A DNA stretch of 63,015 bases, filler included, from Sluysia triapertura (lineage: Eukaryota), in NCBI GenBank assembly GCA_046118255.1. It is 5 parts of 5 records of this genome, joined end to end, with 100 filler letters (N's around TTAATTAATTAA, not from the genome) between each part and the next. Parts side by side here need not be neighbours in the genome. Positions count along the whole stretch, not along the records: positions 11,666 to 23,123 come from JBJNIA010184535.1; positions 23,224 to 34,064 come from JBJNIA010192816.1; 3 more parts are not named here. One strand, 5' to 3'. A model generated the notes under the pieces. The model was given only the letters and a program-made list of their open reading frames with translations, was not told the DNA's origin and did no database searches. The stretch's first letter is position 1. Each line of letters opens with the position of its first letter. Made by a program: the position numbers and the translations under genes. Positions 13,130 through 26,608 of this stretch are shown piece after piece.

Positions 13130-14482
13130 TGTTTTCGTACTAATTTATTTAAATTTAAAATAAATTTAAGAAAATATTTTGTTATTAAATTTAGAGATAT
13201 TGAAGAATAGTTATTTCATAAGGTATAAGAAAAGTTTTTATTCCACTTAATTCAGGAGTGGCACAACATGCATAAATGTTAATATCCAAATAACAAATAA
13301 ATTAATAAACACAACAAAGGTTTAAGATTGAATTGACCAAATAAAACAAATTAATCAAAAATAAAATTGAATTACTAAAAACTTCACTCGTGCGAAATAG
13401 CTTTGATATAGCCACCTTACAGCAGAAAAAGTCCATCTGTTATTTCAATATTACTTGCACCGTTTCATGGAAATAAAGAAACTGTAATTATTTAGATAAT
13501 TATAGGAAATTCCGTACATATTAGTGTTTTTTCGTCATGAGTGTTACAATATGTTTTATAAAACGATCACTATGTAGTCCACATAATATTAAATCAATAC
13601 ATTCATACGGAATAATTATATAATATCATTTTCCTGAATTCAATCACCTGTTTTTAATAATAATTGATTGATTGATTTTGTAATTGAAAAATAATATTTA
13701 TGTTTTGTCAAGTGTTTTTAATAAATAATTGAAATTAAAATCAACATTATACATAGTAATTGGCAATTATTATATTTCAATAATTAATATAATTTTAAAA
13801 TAACAATTAATAACATTATTAAATATATTTTCTTATTATTTTGTCGATTTTATTAAAAATTATTATTTTTTGTTTATATAATTTAAATTTTGTTTTAGTT
13901 TTCGCGCTTTTTTAATGTAACAGTTTAATAATGTTTATTTTGAAATCAAATTTAATGAATTAACTGTAATCTTTTTGAAAATTATGTAATTTTATATTTT
14001 GCAAGTCAAATTAATATTTTATTTAGAATAAAAAATAAGTTCATTATTTTTAGTTTTCAACAAATGAAGTATAACTACTGTTTCGTTTATATTGAATCAT
14101 ATTGAAAATATATTAAAATTTTTAAGACTAGGATAATAAAATATTCAAACACTTAAAACATTCTTGAGATCACTATTTTAATTAAACATTGAATTGATAA
14201 TTATTTTTAACCCACTTATGCTTCTAGTTAACTAGAGTTGATAAGACATTCTTTGTTTCGCTGTGAGTTTGATTAAGCTTAGATCTTATATGAATAGTAC
14301 TTTAAAAATTAATTTAAATCAGCGTAAATTTTTTTTAATACTGGGGATTAATGGTAAAAATTAATTTTAATTTTTTATATTCAACTGAGAAACGAGTTTC
14401 ACCTCGAAAAGGCTTGAATGTTTTCGTACTAATTTATTTAAATTTAAAATAAATTTAAGAAAATATTTTGTTATTAAATTTA
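13130..14482 (+). mobile_element. Intronic insertion bounded by perfect 64-bp direct repeats (possible non-autonomous Penelope-like or retrozyme-like element)
   Basis: 13130-13193 equals 14419-14482 (tgttttcgtactaattt...gttattaaattta). A hammerhead-like fold lies immediately before the second repeat. No ORF. Confidence 0.55.
14379..14419 (+). ncRNA. Degenerate minimal type-I hammerhead-like motif
   Basis: attcaa-CTGAGAA-ac-gag[tttcac]ctc-GAAA-aggc-ttgaat gives a 6-bp stem I and a short stem II. The core deviates from CUGAnGA and from NUH. Confidence 0.35.
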
Positions 14483-14951
14483 TAGCATTCAAAATCATGT
14501 TACGTTATGAAATTTTTAAAATGCAGAAACCAAAATGGATGTTAAATCAATTTAAATTTGCTTACTTATGAATAAAATGTTAATTTTGACATGCATGTAT
14601 ATAATTTAAAATTAAAAATATATCCTTATTAAAACATTTTCTTTTGATAAATATGTCGGGAGCTTCACCAACGGTGCAGATGTGTTTTATAAAGGAGGAT
14701 ATGAATTATTTTTATTTCTTTGCATTGTATATATTATTTTTGTAAATTATTATTTATTGCATTTGATTATAAATTATTATAATTATTATACGCATTATAA
14801 ATTATTGTAATATATTATCAATTATTCAAACTAAACGGTAAATTTTCAATTAAATTAAATAAGTACTTTTAGTATTTTTATTCATTAGATAATGATCACA
14901 AGACTTTTCAGGTCAAGATTACAAAATATTACAAAAAATTATTAAATAGAC

Positions 14952-17191
14952 TGTAGTGAAGTCCATATCAGCTCAACAATAAGAACCAAACACTAACACA
15001 TCAACAAATTTATACATAAACAAGTCAATAAGTAAACTAAAACATCAAACCACTACACAATGCATACAAAACATAAGCACTGTCCTAATAATGTCGTAAT
15101 TATCCATATAATTGTCGTTGCAATATAATTTTTGTATGTTTATCTAATGTATGTGTGCAAGACATAGGTTTTTTTGTATGTCTGAGTGTTAATATAGCAT
15201 AATAATATATATTACTGTTATTTTTATCACTATTATTTTTGTTATTATTTCCATTGACATCATTCATTATAATACTTCGGAAACAGAAAGAACATAAAAT
15301 GAGTACTCAAATTGATTAAAATAAATCATTCACTATATTTCTGAAACAGAAACAACTTTTGCCTTCATTTAGTATTTCATAATCTCCTAATAATGTTATG
15401 TCTTTAAGATATTTATAATATAATTTAATGGTGTAATGATGGAGGTTAATAAAAAATTATTATATCGATTATATTAATCAAAGATAAATATGAAATTACA
15501 TATTACTTTTTACTAGATGTATGTCTAAAATAATGGAAAGTAGCGATACTTCTAATAATTAAATGGTCAATAATCATTTAATTAGATAATAGTACAGCAC
15601 ATTATCTAATAAAAACAATTACAGAAAATAGTAGCATTAATATAACAAGTTCTACTGTTATAATATAATTCCTCTACTGTTAAGTACAATACTGAAAATA
15701 ATGCTGCACATGGTTCAATAGTTATCAACCGATACTACAACAAATGGATCAATAAAAATTCCAACAGTTCGTCTTTATCATCAATATCAAATTCTTCAAT
15801 TTATATTACGAGGAATTTAATAAGTACTATATCGGCAGCAATATCATCTGGTACAAATGCAACAATGACGAATAATCATGCACAATATAAATTCCGCGAA
15901 CACCGTCACCACTGCCAGTAATATTGCTACAACTATTACTATAATACTACCACTATTAATACTGGTAAAACTTCCTTTAACATTCGTACTACTGTTATTG
16001 GTGTTAATACCACTTTTACTACTGCTACCGGTACTACCACTTGCTACTACTACTGCGATTGATACTTCGACCACAATAGCTGTTATTACTCGCACTATTA
16101 CTATTATAATTGAACCGAAATTTACCATCAAAGTGACTATTACGCTTTTAAGAGAAGAATGGAATCCGAATGTGCAATTGCAACATCCATGCAATCTAAA
16201 AATAAAGCAAATGAGTTGGAAATTAAAATTATTAATGAACCATCGATCATTAAAGTTAAAATTATTTTAATGATATTTGAAGTTAAAACTAATATAAAAA
16301 CGTATAATAACCAAAAAAAATTATGAAATTTTTGAATCAAATGTAGAGTGGATTTTGTTGATTATTGGTTTGCACACGTTATACTTTATGGAAACTTTTA
16401 TTGTTAAATTTATTTTTAAAGCGTTCAAGATGTCCTGAAACCAAGTGGCTTTGGTGGCATTTTTATTTCGTTTTATACGTTTTGAACAAAAACGTCTAGT
16501 CATGATTCAAAAATTTTATTGACGATTATTTTGTAATTCTTTCCTGTTTAGTTCTGCTATTCATTGTCCAGGTTTCACTTAAATAATCCATTCAGAAAAT
16601 TCTTTGAAAATAATAAACAATAAATTTTCATGTTTTTGAATTTGTTTATGTTTCTGAAGATATTCTTAAAGAGTGTCATGAAGTGAAAAACAAAGTAAAG
16701 AAAGTGTAAGAATTGAATTTAAAATTTAAACAGGAGTTTGACGTTAGCGTTGGAGCACCACATGTAGAAACTGCCAGTGCACTCGAATTCGATTAACGAA
16801 TTCTAAAGATAGTAAAGGAACAAGCTACCATCTATGCAAGAATAAGAGTCACGCAAATAAAGATCTTCATCGAAACTTTGTTTATGTATTACGATTCATG
16901 TACGCATGTTTTATTTTATCGTCTATTTTTCATTGTGCCAGCGGGATTTGCTGAATTCTCGGAGTTTTGTTTTTATCATAACAATATATTTTTATTTGGC
17001 ATAGTTATTTTCGAATTTCGTACAATAAAATTTAATTTAAATTATAAGCTAATTATCAGAAATGTATAAGGTACCTTAAGTACATATTGATTATACGTCC
17101 TCACAACCAAATATATTTTTTGTGTTTATATTTTATCAGCTAAAATAACTTTTTATTTGCTAAACCGTATCATAAGCATATTGCTGATACA
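14952..17191 (+). mobile_element. Cargo-carrying LTR-like element E5 inside the SLC35D intron
   Basis: Starts tgtagtg with an AC-rich block (accaaacactaacacatc...tatacataaac...aaactaaaacat) matching the reverse complement of 40350-40446. Ends acaaccaaa...cagct...cataagcatattgctgataca, resembling the E2 end acaaccaaaa...cagctc...cataagattgctaca. Confidence 0.45.
15500..16800 (+). pseudogene. Decayed coding cargo: Ser/Thr/Asn-rich region followed by testin/prickle-like Cys-rich remnants
   Basis: Frameshifted fragments HCPGF..NPFRKF (16562-16610) and VGAP//CRNCQCTR (16749-16786) resemble the testin N-terminal GAPC..CxGFxxHxWRKICRNCKC motif. Many stops. Confidence 0.35.
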
Positions 17192-18484
17192 TTTTGTCAA
17201 TTGAATAAATAAATTTCCAGTTAAGCTAGTTTACTTTTGAATTAAGAGGTAACTTGAATTTTAAAAGTATTAAATAAAATTGCACATAAGTACTCTCTTA
17301 TTCTCCAACAAAAATGGGACTATGAAAAAAGGTGGCAGTTTCTAGAAAATAGCGGTTTGTGAGTAAAAAATAAAATTTATTAAAAATCTAGTAAAACATT
17401 CATTTCTTTATTATCCAGTTATCGAAAGTCATATTAAATTTTCGTTATTTGTGCTTTGCTTATTGAATCAATATCAATTGTTGCATCATTATCACTTGTA
17501 AAAATAAATTGGCTGATTCCAGAAAATGACGGATAAGAGAGTAGTTACTGTACTTCTATCTCTTCCATCAGTAACAAGTGAACACTAACCTTCAGTATAT
17601 TATATTAAGTGTTAGAGTACAATTACTGTAAGCTAAAGTTCAGCACTCTGAACAAGATAAGTGTGTGAGCCTAAGGACCGTGGATTCATTTATATATTCA
17701 TTTATCATTCATAATTTCCTCTTAAAAAACAATTGTGATTAATTATAATTGGAAGTTCAAAATAATTACACTTTATAATTTATTATTTTACGAAAATATT
17801 TTGTCAGTATGTGTATTTTGTAAATTTTAGTTTAAATTATAATGGCGCTAAATATGGTGGTTATTAATTCCATATTATTTAAACTTTTAAATATTAAATT
17901 GCATTGATTTACTAATTATTAGAAGTTAATGCTTTAAATGTTAAACGGTAGAAAAAGTAAATTTTAACTACAAGTAAATTATTATTTAATTAAGATAAAT
18001 ATTTTAGGTTTTCTAATTTATTCTATTATTATCTTTACGTTTATTAACGTAAATTGGTATTACTTTACGAATGCTATCTGAATTTGTTATACATATAAAG
18101 TAAGTGGAACTTTAAGAATGGACTACACAAAATATGTAAAAAGATATTCAGAAGAAATCTTAATGGCAATTACTCATAGATCCAGTTTTGTATTCTCAGA
18201 ATATTTATTTTCAATGCATGAATAACTTCAGTGAACATGGTACTGATTTGAATTCAATCTGCATATCAGCGTATATACCATTCTCAATTCATAAACGACT
18301 GTCACGACCATAAACACCACTATCATTAACACAATCCCCATCATTAGTTTAATTCGGCCATTTGGACGTAGTTTATAATTTTAAATAAACATTTGCTATT
18401 ATTATTATTATTAAACAATGATCTACAATAACATTTATAATTCTAATAAAAATTAATGTTAACAGAAGCAAAATTTCAATTTAG

Positions 18485-18631
18485 TTGTACAAATTCGACA
18501 AGTGGAGAGATTATGCTTTTTTGTCATATTTCTTGGCATCATGTTGCCTAGGAGCTATATTAAAATACTCTACGGTATTGTGTACAAAACACAATGGACC
18601 ATTAACCACCAGTATTATTGGAGTATCTAAA
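18485..18631 (+). CDS. SLC35D: SLC35D-like transporter, internal exon
   Basis: tttag acceptor, phase-0 join to exon 12860-13055, GT donor at 18632. LYKFDKWRDYAFLSYFLASCCLGAILKYSTVLCTKHNGPLTTSIIGVSK matches SLC35D SCxMGFILxYxTVLCTxxNSALTTTIVG. Confidence 0.9.
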
Positions 18632-20439
18632 GTTTGTGTAATTATTTTTAATTATAATTTTCTCATTTTTGAATTATATTTTCACATTAAATTTACTAAC
18701 AAAATTAAAATTTGCATTATATAATACTGCGTAATCAGAAACAGTTTGGTTGTTTATTCTCAGCATTTAGTCCTTTTATTATACATGTTCTAATGTTAAC
18801 TTTATTCAAAGTATCTATCTGTAATGTCGCGAGTCTTATACTCGTCTCAGTTGTTCGAGATGGGAATGTTTTTTATAATTTATTTTTAAAATACTTGGCT
18901 CTGGTCTTATTCTTTTGTTTTTTAATTAGCTAAGCTTTAGTAGTTTTTCTCAAATTTTATTAACTCAATAGTATACTACAGTTTTTCTTTTACTTTATAC
19001 GACTTTAACTTGTTTTAGCGAATTCTAATTTTATTCAATTCCCTTGAATCACAAATGAAAATGAACTTAAACAATAATTTATTTATGTAAAACAATTACT
19101 TATTTAATAATATAGTTAACTTTAATCAACAATAATAATTTTAATAATGGTATAATTTTATTAATAAACTTTAGAAACTTGTATTATATAACAGTACGAG
19201 TACCTACAATAATCTCAACGTTAGGTTAAATTTTTATCAAATTAAAATGGATTTTAAGGTTATTTGTAGATTAGATTAAACCGAAAATTAATAATCTTAC
19301 CAAAGTTATCAATATGATTTGGGTCAAAAATGACGAAGTTCTTCAGATAAATCGAGCGTTGATTATTAATGATACTAATTAATTAATTAATTAGTAAAAT
19401 CCTGTTTCGATTACTGTTTTTTCACTTATAAATAATTATCCTTTTATACTGAACTCAGTTGTTAAAATTCTTTTATATTAATAATCATATTGTTATTAAT
19501 GTATATAAACTTATTAATGTGTGTATATAAAGTTTCATAAGTTATACAAATCACAAAATTAAAATGTGTATAAAGTTTAAAATTAATAATAATAATTAAC
19601 AAATCGTTTCAAAGTTTATTTGTTTAATCAAATTCGTATCAATAAAATTTATTTTTAAATCTATTTGGATTAATTTGTAATTACATTTTGGAAAATTTTT
19701 AAGTAAAAGTGAGCCTTTTGAACAATTTTAATATTAATTTTTTATTAAAATTTTTGTCAAAATTATTAAAAGATCTTTTGTTTTAAAATATAGTGACCTC
19801 AAGGTCACCCTTCTAATGTGTATAAATAAACATGCAAATATATTATTCACTACCATAATTTGCGAACATAAAATTCCTATCATAATCTGCAACTACTTTT
19901 TGAAATCACTGATTTACAATCAGTTCTGTATCTCAACTTCGACTTTTTCGTCAGTGCAGTCTGCATCGCTACTATCTACTGATCTAAAATCGAATTGATT
20001 ATCGTTAGTTCTTTATAATAAGTTTTTTCGCAATATTTAAAATTGCTTATTTAAACTTGATACTTAAAATCAATCTTTACTTACGCTACTATTTCGAAGT
20101 AGCATATTAAAATCAATTATTTAAATGTGAACAGTTGGATTAACTGCTTTAATCCCCGTTAAAGTATTATTATTATTATATTGATTTTATACAGTATCCA
20201 TTATCTATTTAAATTTGTGTAACGTTTTTATTTATAGTCATTCTAATAAAAATATCCCAATTTTACTGTTCTTATTGTTGTAATAAACGTCAGGTTCTAT
20301 TTCGAACCTCATTAAAATCATTTATTTAACTTTTGATTTAAATATTTCTCAAAGGTTCAATTTAAGAACCTCATTAAAATATATTGATTTTTTTGGTGCA
20401 AGTAATAAATTTATTACTAGGAATTTACGGCTAGGCAAT

Positions 20440-20560
20440 TTTCATAACCTCCATTTGCTTCAAATATTGATTTCAAAAAATCCAACGGCTGGACCTAACA
20501 GGTAAGTCCAGTACGTAGGTGAACTCACCTTAAGCTAAGTTTTTATTCTATTTGCTTGAC
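20440..20560 (+). repeat. Dispersed repeat family A
   Basis: aaaaaatccaacggctggacctaacaggtaagtccagtacgtaggtgaactcac, matching the 1650 copy. Confidence 0.7.
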
Positions 20561-22285
20561 TTTTCTTACATTATTGTTAAAAACAATTATAGATTTAATG
20601 AAATTGTATAGTAAAAAGAGAAATATATAGTGAAATAATATAGTACAATAAATAATCATTATACAGTAAATATTTAATAGTATAGTATTTAATAAAATAT
20701 AGTATTGATTAAAAATTAATAATTTTCGATTCAAATATATTATTAAATTTCAATTTTATTATATTTTTATGTAATTTCAGTTTAAATGATTTTAGTCGGT
20801 CATAATGTTTTAAATTTTAATTTCATATAATTTATGTCTGTTCTGTCTAATCTTAATTTAAAATGATTTTAATCGAATATAATTTTTTAAATTCGATTAC
20901 ATTTAGTCTTACTTTAATATTATTTTATTTCATTAACTGCAATAGTAAGGTTTAATATTTATAAATTTTGATTTCATGTTATCTTTATATAAGCTAAATT
21001 TAAAATGATTGTTATTTGTTATTAAAATTTGAATTTACATTATTATTTCTATGTAATCTCAATTTAAAATAGTTATAAAAACATTATAATTTTTATAGAC
21101 CCATTAAGATCTCAATGATTTTTAAGTGAATGAAAATTACACTGATTTTAAATGGTTTTATTAATTTTAGAATGAGAACATGATTTTAAAATTTTAAATG
21201 ATAAAATTAAACTGAGTTTAAAAGATAAAATGAGTATTACATGATTTTAGTACATTTAGCTAAAAATGAATCATTACACGTTCAAAATTGTATTCAGCAA
21301 AGTGATTCAAATAGAAATTGTGTTTACAAGGGAAAAATACAGTGATTTTCACTATAATGTTTTATAGTTAATTCCCATCCTATACTAACCCAATAAATTT
21401 TATTTTTAGAATGCACGGACTATTATATTTTATATAGAATTTTCACTAATCTTTAATATATACTATTTACGTAGAGAAATAGGTATACACACATTATTAT
21501 TATTTGTTTCTTTTGACAGTTAGTATCTATAGGATTTATTTTTTGTATTATCTTTAATAAAAACAAACCTTTAAAGAAGACGCAAACTTATGTAATAAAG
21601 CTTACTTGCAATTAAGTAGTTTAAGAATTTAATTTCAGAGTATTGTCTTTAGAATGTAATGATTGGTTTGCTCCCGAAGTCACTAATACTTTCTCAATGA
21701 TAATATTTTATACTCTAATGTTTATATTTCTATTGATAATTCAATTCATTTTTTATATAAATCAATTATAATTAATTATTTTCCGTATAACTATAAATAC
21801 CGTTAAACAAATAAATAATGCAGGACATTAGATAAATGAAAGTTTACATATTATTCAAATATATTATTACTGTTGTAAAATTTTAAAAATTATTAATTTA
21901 TGTTTTATAGAATTTGTACATGCTCGTAATGAACTCTTGGTTTCTGCTAATAATCTAAATTTCTTTACTTGTGTAAATTCTTATTATTTAATAATAATGT
22001 CATGAATAGTATTTTAATACATCATATAATATTCATTTAATCCATTTAATATCATAATAATAATAATATTCATAAATTTTAACTTAATAATATTCATCAT
22101 AATAATATAATTCATAATAATAATAATATCCATAAATTTTTATAAATTAGTAATTTTAGTATTTTAATATTTCGTTGATTAATAGTAGTATGGGAATGAA
22201 ACAATAAATAAATTATATTATTATATTATTTATAGAGAAAAGTAAATTATATTATTATATTATTATTCATTTTTTAAGAATTTAA

Positions 22286-22600
22286 TGTACTTTTATTTTT
22301 GTAATACTGTGAATACTTATAAACTAATTATATTAGAACAAAAATTTAACAAATTTAGGAATTAGAACAGAATTTATTTTTGTAATACTGTAAATACTTA
22401 TAAACTAATTATTATATTAGAACAAAATTTTAACAAATTTAGAAATTAGAACAGAATTTATTTTTGTAATACTGTGTAAATTTAATTATTAAACTAATTT
22501 ACTTTAATAAATTATTATTAGAATAGAATTTTAACAAATTATATTAGAACAGAATAATGTACTTTTATTTTTGTAATACTGTGTAAATTTAATTATTATA
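22286..22600. repeat. Degenerate minisatellite with ~80-120-bp units
   Basis: Recurrent ttatttttgtaatactgt, aaactaatt, tattagaaca and tttaacaaattt blocks, about four units. Confidence 0.8.
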
Positions 22601-23123
22601 TTATATATATCTAGTGTATAAAATTTACTGTATAAATTTAATTATAATAATTTTGGAATTTATTTAATTATTTCGTATAATATAAAAACTTTGGAATTCA
22701 ATATAAAAGAAGAAGGAACATTAAACAACAATCGTAGTTATCGAGTACAAGGAACAAAAATTATATTGTGGTTTACCAGCTATAAAAAAGAAATTTTATT
22801 TATTATTCGAACTTTATCAATTGTCTATTCAGATAACAATAACATAATTTCAAAAAAAGAAAAACTGTATAAATTATTCGTGAGTAATTTGATTTTATTG
22901 TTTTTATTCCTAAATTACAAATTATCAATAAAATAAATAAAACTTTGATTTTGTTTTATATTTTTGTTTTGTTTTTTAATTAAATTCGAACTTAAAGTAT
23001 TTAAAGTTAAAATAAGTAATTTTATGCAATTTTTAGACTAAATCTCTTTTGAGTGATACCACACAGGGAAATAAAACTATTAGACATTAACTATTAAGCA
23101 CTTTTATCCTAAACTATTAGGAC

Positions 23124-23223
23124 NNNNNNNNNNNNNNNNNNNNNNNNNNNNNNNNNNNNNNNNNNNNTTAATTAATTAANNNNNNNNNNNNNNNNNNNNN
23201 NNNNNNNNNNNNNNNNNNNNNNN
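23124..23223. other. Artificial contig-join spacer
   Basis: N44-TTAATTAATTAA-N44. Confidence 0.95.
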
Positions 23224-25420
23224 GCTGCAATATTAAATTATATATATATATATATTGTTTTGTTACTATGATTTGTTTTAAAATTAGCTTTAACATATTT
23301 TTCATATTTATCTATTTTTCGATATTTGTTTAATCTGCGGAATCACACATTACAACTGTTTTATATACCAAAAAAGAAACTTATATTCCCTAATTAAAAC
23401 CTTAGTTAATTAATTAATTAATTAAATTATCTTTAAACTGTCATTACAATCCTTTAAAATCAATAAATAAATTAATTCCTTAAAAGTAATTTTCTAAAAA
23501 AAGAAAACTTATTTTCGAAAAAAGAGAAAATTCCATCAATTCTTATTTGTTGATAAAAACACAATTTATCGGTAGAAAATTTGTCGTTTGACTTTCAAAA
23601 TTTATTTATCGTTTTTCAAAGAATCGACATCATATTTAGGTTATTCAATTAGTAAAAATTTAGTAGGACAATTTATTAATCAAATACAAATTACAAAACT
23701 ATTTTGAGATTAGAAGACAAAATTATCAAACGGTGATCCATTCGGACTGGTGATTGATTATTTTTTGTAGGATAGTTTCAATTCTAGGGATTGAGATATT
23801 ACAATCTCACTCAAAGCCTTACTTATTTAATTTTTTCTACCCTGATTTAATGAAGAAAAAAATATCTACTTAAAATTACAATACTTAGAATTGAATATAT
23901 TGAAAGACTTTAATTGAAAAATATCAATCTGAAGTTAACAATAAAATAATGGATAAACTTCAATAAACTCTGTAAATTGTAATTAAAGTATTTTTATATT
24001 AATTTTTTATAAGAACCTTTAACGATTCTAAGAAAAAGAATAATTACTAAACTGATATTCAAAATTTTTACATTTTAAAACTTTTATAGTTACAGGAACT
24101 CCCAATCTACGTCATAAGTCGTTTACTGTAATCGGGACCCTGCTTAATATTCATTTTATCGTAAGTTAAGAGTTAAAAAACCATATCATTATTAATTTTA
24201 TGTTTGTGAATTAAGTACAGATTTTTTAGAGGGACTATTTGTATGCCTACAACACTAAATAAATAAGAAAAAATTTGATTAACAAAATTGTCACTAAATT
24301 ACACATTTTTAATTATGGATACTGTGTATGTATGAAAATGAAATGAATATTAAATTTACTTAATATAAAACAATTATAAATACTATAAAAAAACTTACTA
24401 TGTAATGAATGATGATATAAATAGCTGTATTACGTAGTTACGTTATAGAATACAAAATTAAGGCGACTGTAAATTTATTATGAAAAATATAGAACCTGAT
24501 TGAAGAAATTGGCCAAATAAAGAGGTTCATCATGGAGAGAAATTATCATTCAAGAGAAATAAGTAAATTTTGGGCCCAGATATAGCACACAACAAAAGAA
24601 AGAGAGAATTTCGAAACATTGAAAAGATTTTAAAGTAAAATGTAACCCGAAAATTTTTAAGAAGTCTTTTGGAAGAAAATTATTAAAAAATTTGAAGCAT
24701 TTTCGAAACATTGAAAAAGGTTTTAAAGAAGAATTTAACTAGTAAATACAATATCATGAATTAGAATAAAATCAAAAGCTGAACTAAAATCAAATTATTT
24801 AAACTTAAATTCGTATAAGCATTTAGTATGGCCATCAATCTTAGTTATTTCAGTAGTTTAATTATTATTCATGGTTACTTAAATGACCTTGAAATAGTTT
24901 TAGAGAATTAAAAGAATTGTATTTTTTATTTATTTAGATCTATTTTTATTCAATTTATAATATTATTTTAGTTTATAATAATAATAATATACCATACACT
25001 TATATAATATTGATTATTTTATTAACACAAATTTAATATTATTATTTTATTTAATGTGTAACATATTAGCATAATTTTTATTTGATGAATCATTTTCTCT
25101 CCAAATATTTAAAATAATAAAAATTTAACAAAAGTATAATTAAGACTCAGCTATTATTATTAATTTGGAATTATTAAAATACGCATAGAAGAACTGGCAC
25201 AAAAGACGCTCTCAACTTTGGAGTAGTAGGAAATATTATTTCTTGAAGTTACAAATAAAATTTTATAATAATATTTATAAAAAAGATAATATTGCAAAAT
25301 TAAAACAGTTTTAATTATATTGAAATTTTCACAAACTTAATGTCATAAAAATTGATAAGCAGTGTCTTAAATACTTCAGTGATCTCTCTTATAATTAAAA
25401 TAATGTTCAAACAAACTTAC

Positions 25421-25557
25421 TAGTTGCTTGAGATTGGTAAAGTTGTGGATGATACTTCCTTAACATTGAATTAATTTGACGAGTTGCATTAGCCAAGCTA
25501 TTCAAACCTAATTTAAATTTACTTTGTTCATTACTTGTTAATTCAGGAATATTGTGC
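25421..25557 (-). CDS. Uncharacterised coiled-coil protein, exon
   Basis: ttttcag acceptor and GTAAGT donor. Open frame HNIPELTSNEQSKFKLGLNSLANATRQINSMLRKYHPQLYQSQAT. Phase 2 start fits exon 29552-29682. Confidence 0.7.
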
Positions 25558-25893
25558 CTGAAAAATTAAGTTATAAATGAAATGAAATTATTAATTAATT
25601 TAATTTAATAATAGTTTTGCAGCTTCAGTAATTTGGCATTATTGGAATGCTTGGCATGATTTAAAAAAATTTTCAATAATAAATTTATTTCAGTTGATTT
25701 TTTAATTAATGAATTAGAAATAAGTTAAAATTCTAAAAATAAATTATAATCCCATTTTACAAATAGATTTAAAATGATTTATTTTACATTTACATCGTTT
25801 TATATTTGACAAATAATAAATTGAAATGATGAAAATAATAACGTAACTTTAATGCTTTTAATTTTAAATAAATAATTTTTTAAAATAAATTTC

Positions 25894-25985
25894 TGTAGTA
25901 TTCTTAACATTGAACTTACAGGATTCGGCTACAGTGTGACGTGAAGCGGGCGTATCGGTAACTAAAATTGACAATTGCTTATATG
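25894..25985 (-). repeat. Terminal module B (same as E1 left end)
   Basis: tgtagtattctt...caggattcggctacagtgtgacgtgaagcgggcgt resembles 6188-6262 and 31912-31975. Confidence 0.6.
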
Positions 25986-26509
25986 TTTATTGGAGGGTCC
26001 AATTTTTAAATTTTAATCACCTTACATTATCAGATTGCCAAATAAACGTTTTATGCAAAGTTTGGAATGATAATTTTACATGTGAAGATTTATTATAAAA
26101 ATTGCTACAAAAATTAATGCATAATGTTTTAATAAATTTATATAAAGGATAAAACAAAACAAAATCAACAAAATAGATTTTATAATTAATAGATCGTTAA
26201 TTTTTATAATGAATAGACATTTTTAAAATGATTCTATCCCTCAGTAAATCGGGTATCAAAATTCAATTAAAAGAAATAATGTTACGCTAAATTTACAATT
26301 TTAACCACGAGAGTTAAAATGACCTTATCAAAAAATAACTTACCAATTGACATGAAATAAAAAAATGAAAGTTCTCCAAAATTGCCCGTAAATAAATAAA
26401 TTTAATCGTGAAGAAAGTCCCTTCAAGTTCGTTGTTGACGTTCTCTGTCCAAAAATTGCTAGGGCCTTTATTCACGAATAGAGATTTTTATTCAATAATA
26501 TTATGAGAT

Positions 26510-26608
26510 TTAGGATTAAGTTGCAGCCAATCAGAATCAAATAGAATTCTAGAAAATTCATTTTCTTTTTTGGAAAATTAGTTTAATTTTTTATGATGAC
26601 AACCTAAT
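26510..26608 (-). repeat. LTR-like family D fragment
   Basis: cagccaatcagaa...ttctagaaaattc...tgatgacaacctaa. Confidence 0.55.

Noticed and set aside
15844-16270. Hydrophobic ORFs 15844-16194(-) and 15878-16270(+) as membrane proteins
   Set aside because: They are alternative frames of an (ACT/ATT)-rich low-complexity, frameshifted stretch.
21520-21615. Possible terminal SLC35D exon (LVSIGFIFCIIFNKNK...*)
   Set aside because: The acceptor is good, but similarity is weak and the expected intervening GGDY-containing exon was not found.
22286-22600. Repeat array as CRISPR-like
   Set aside because: Degenerate AT-rich tandem units with no unique spacers, no cas genes, and a eukaryotic context.
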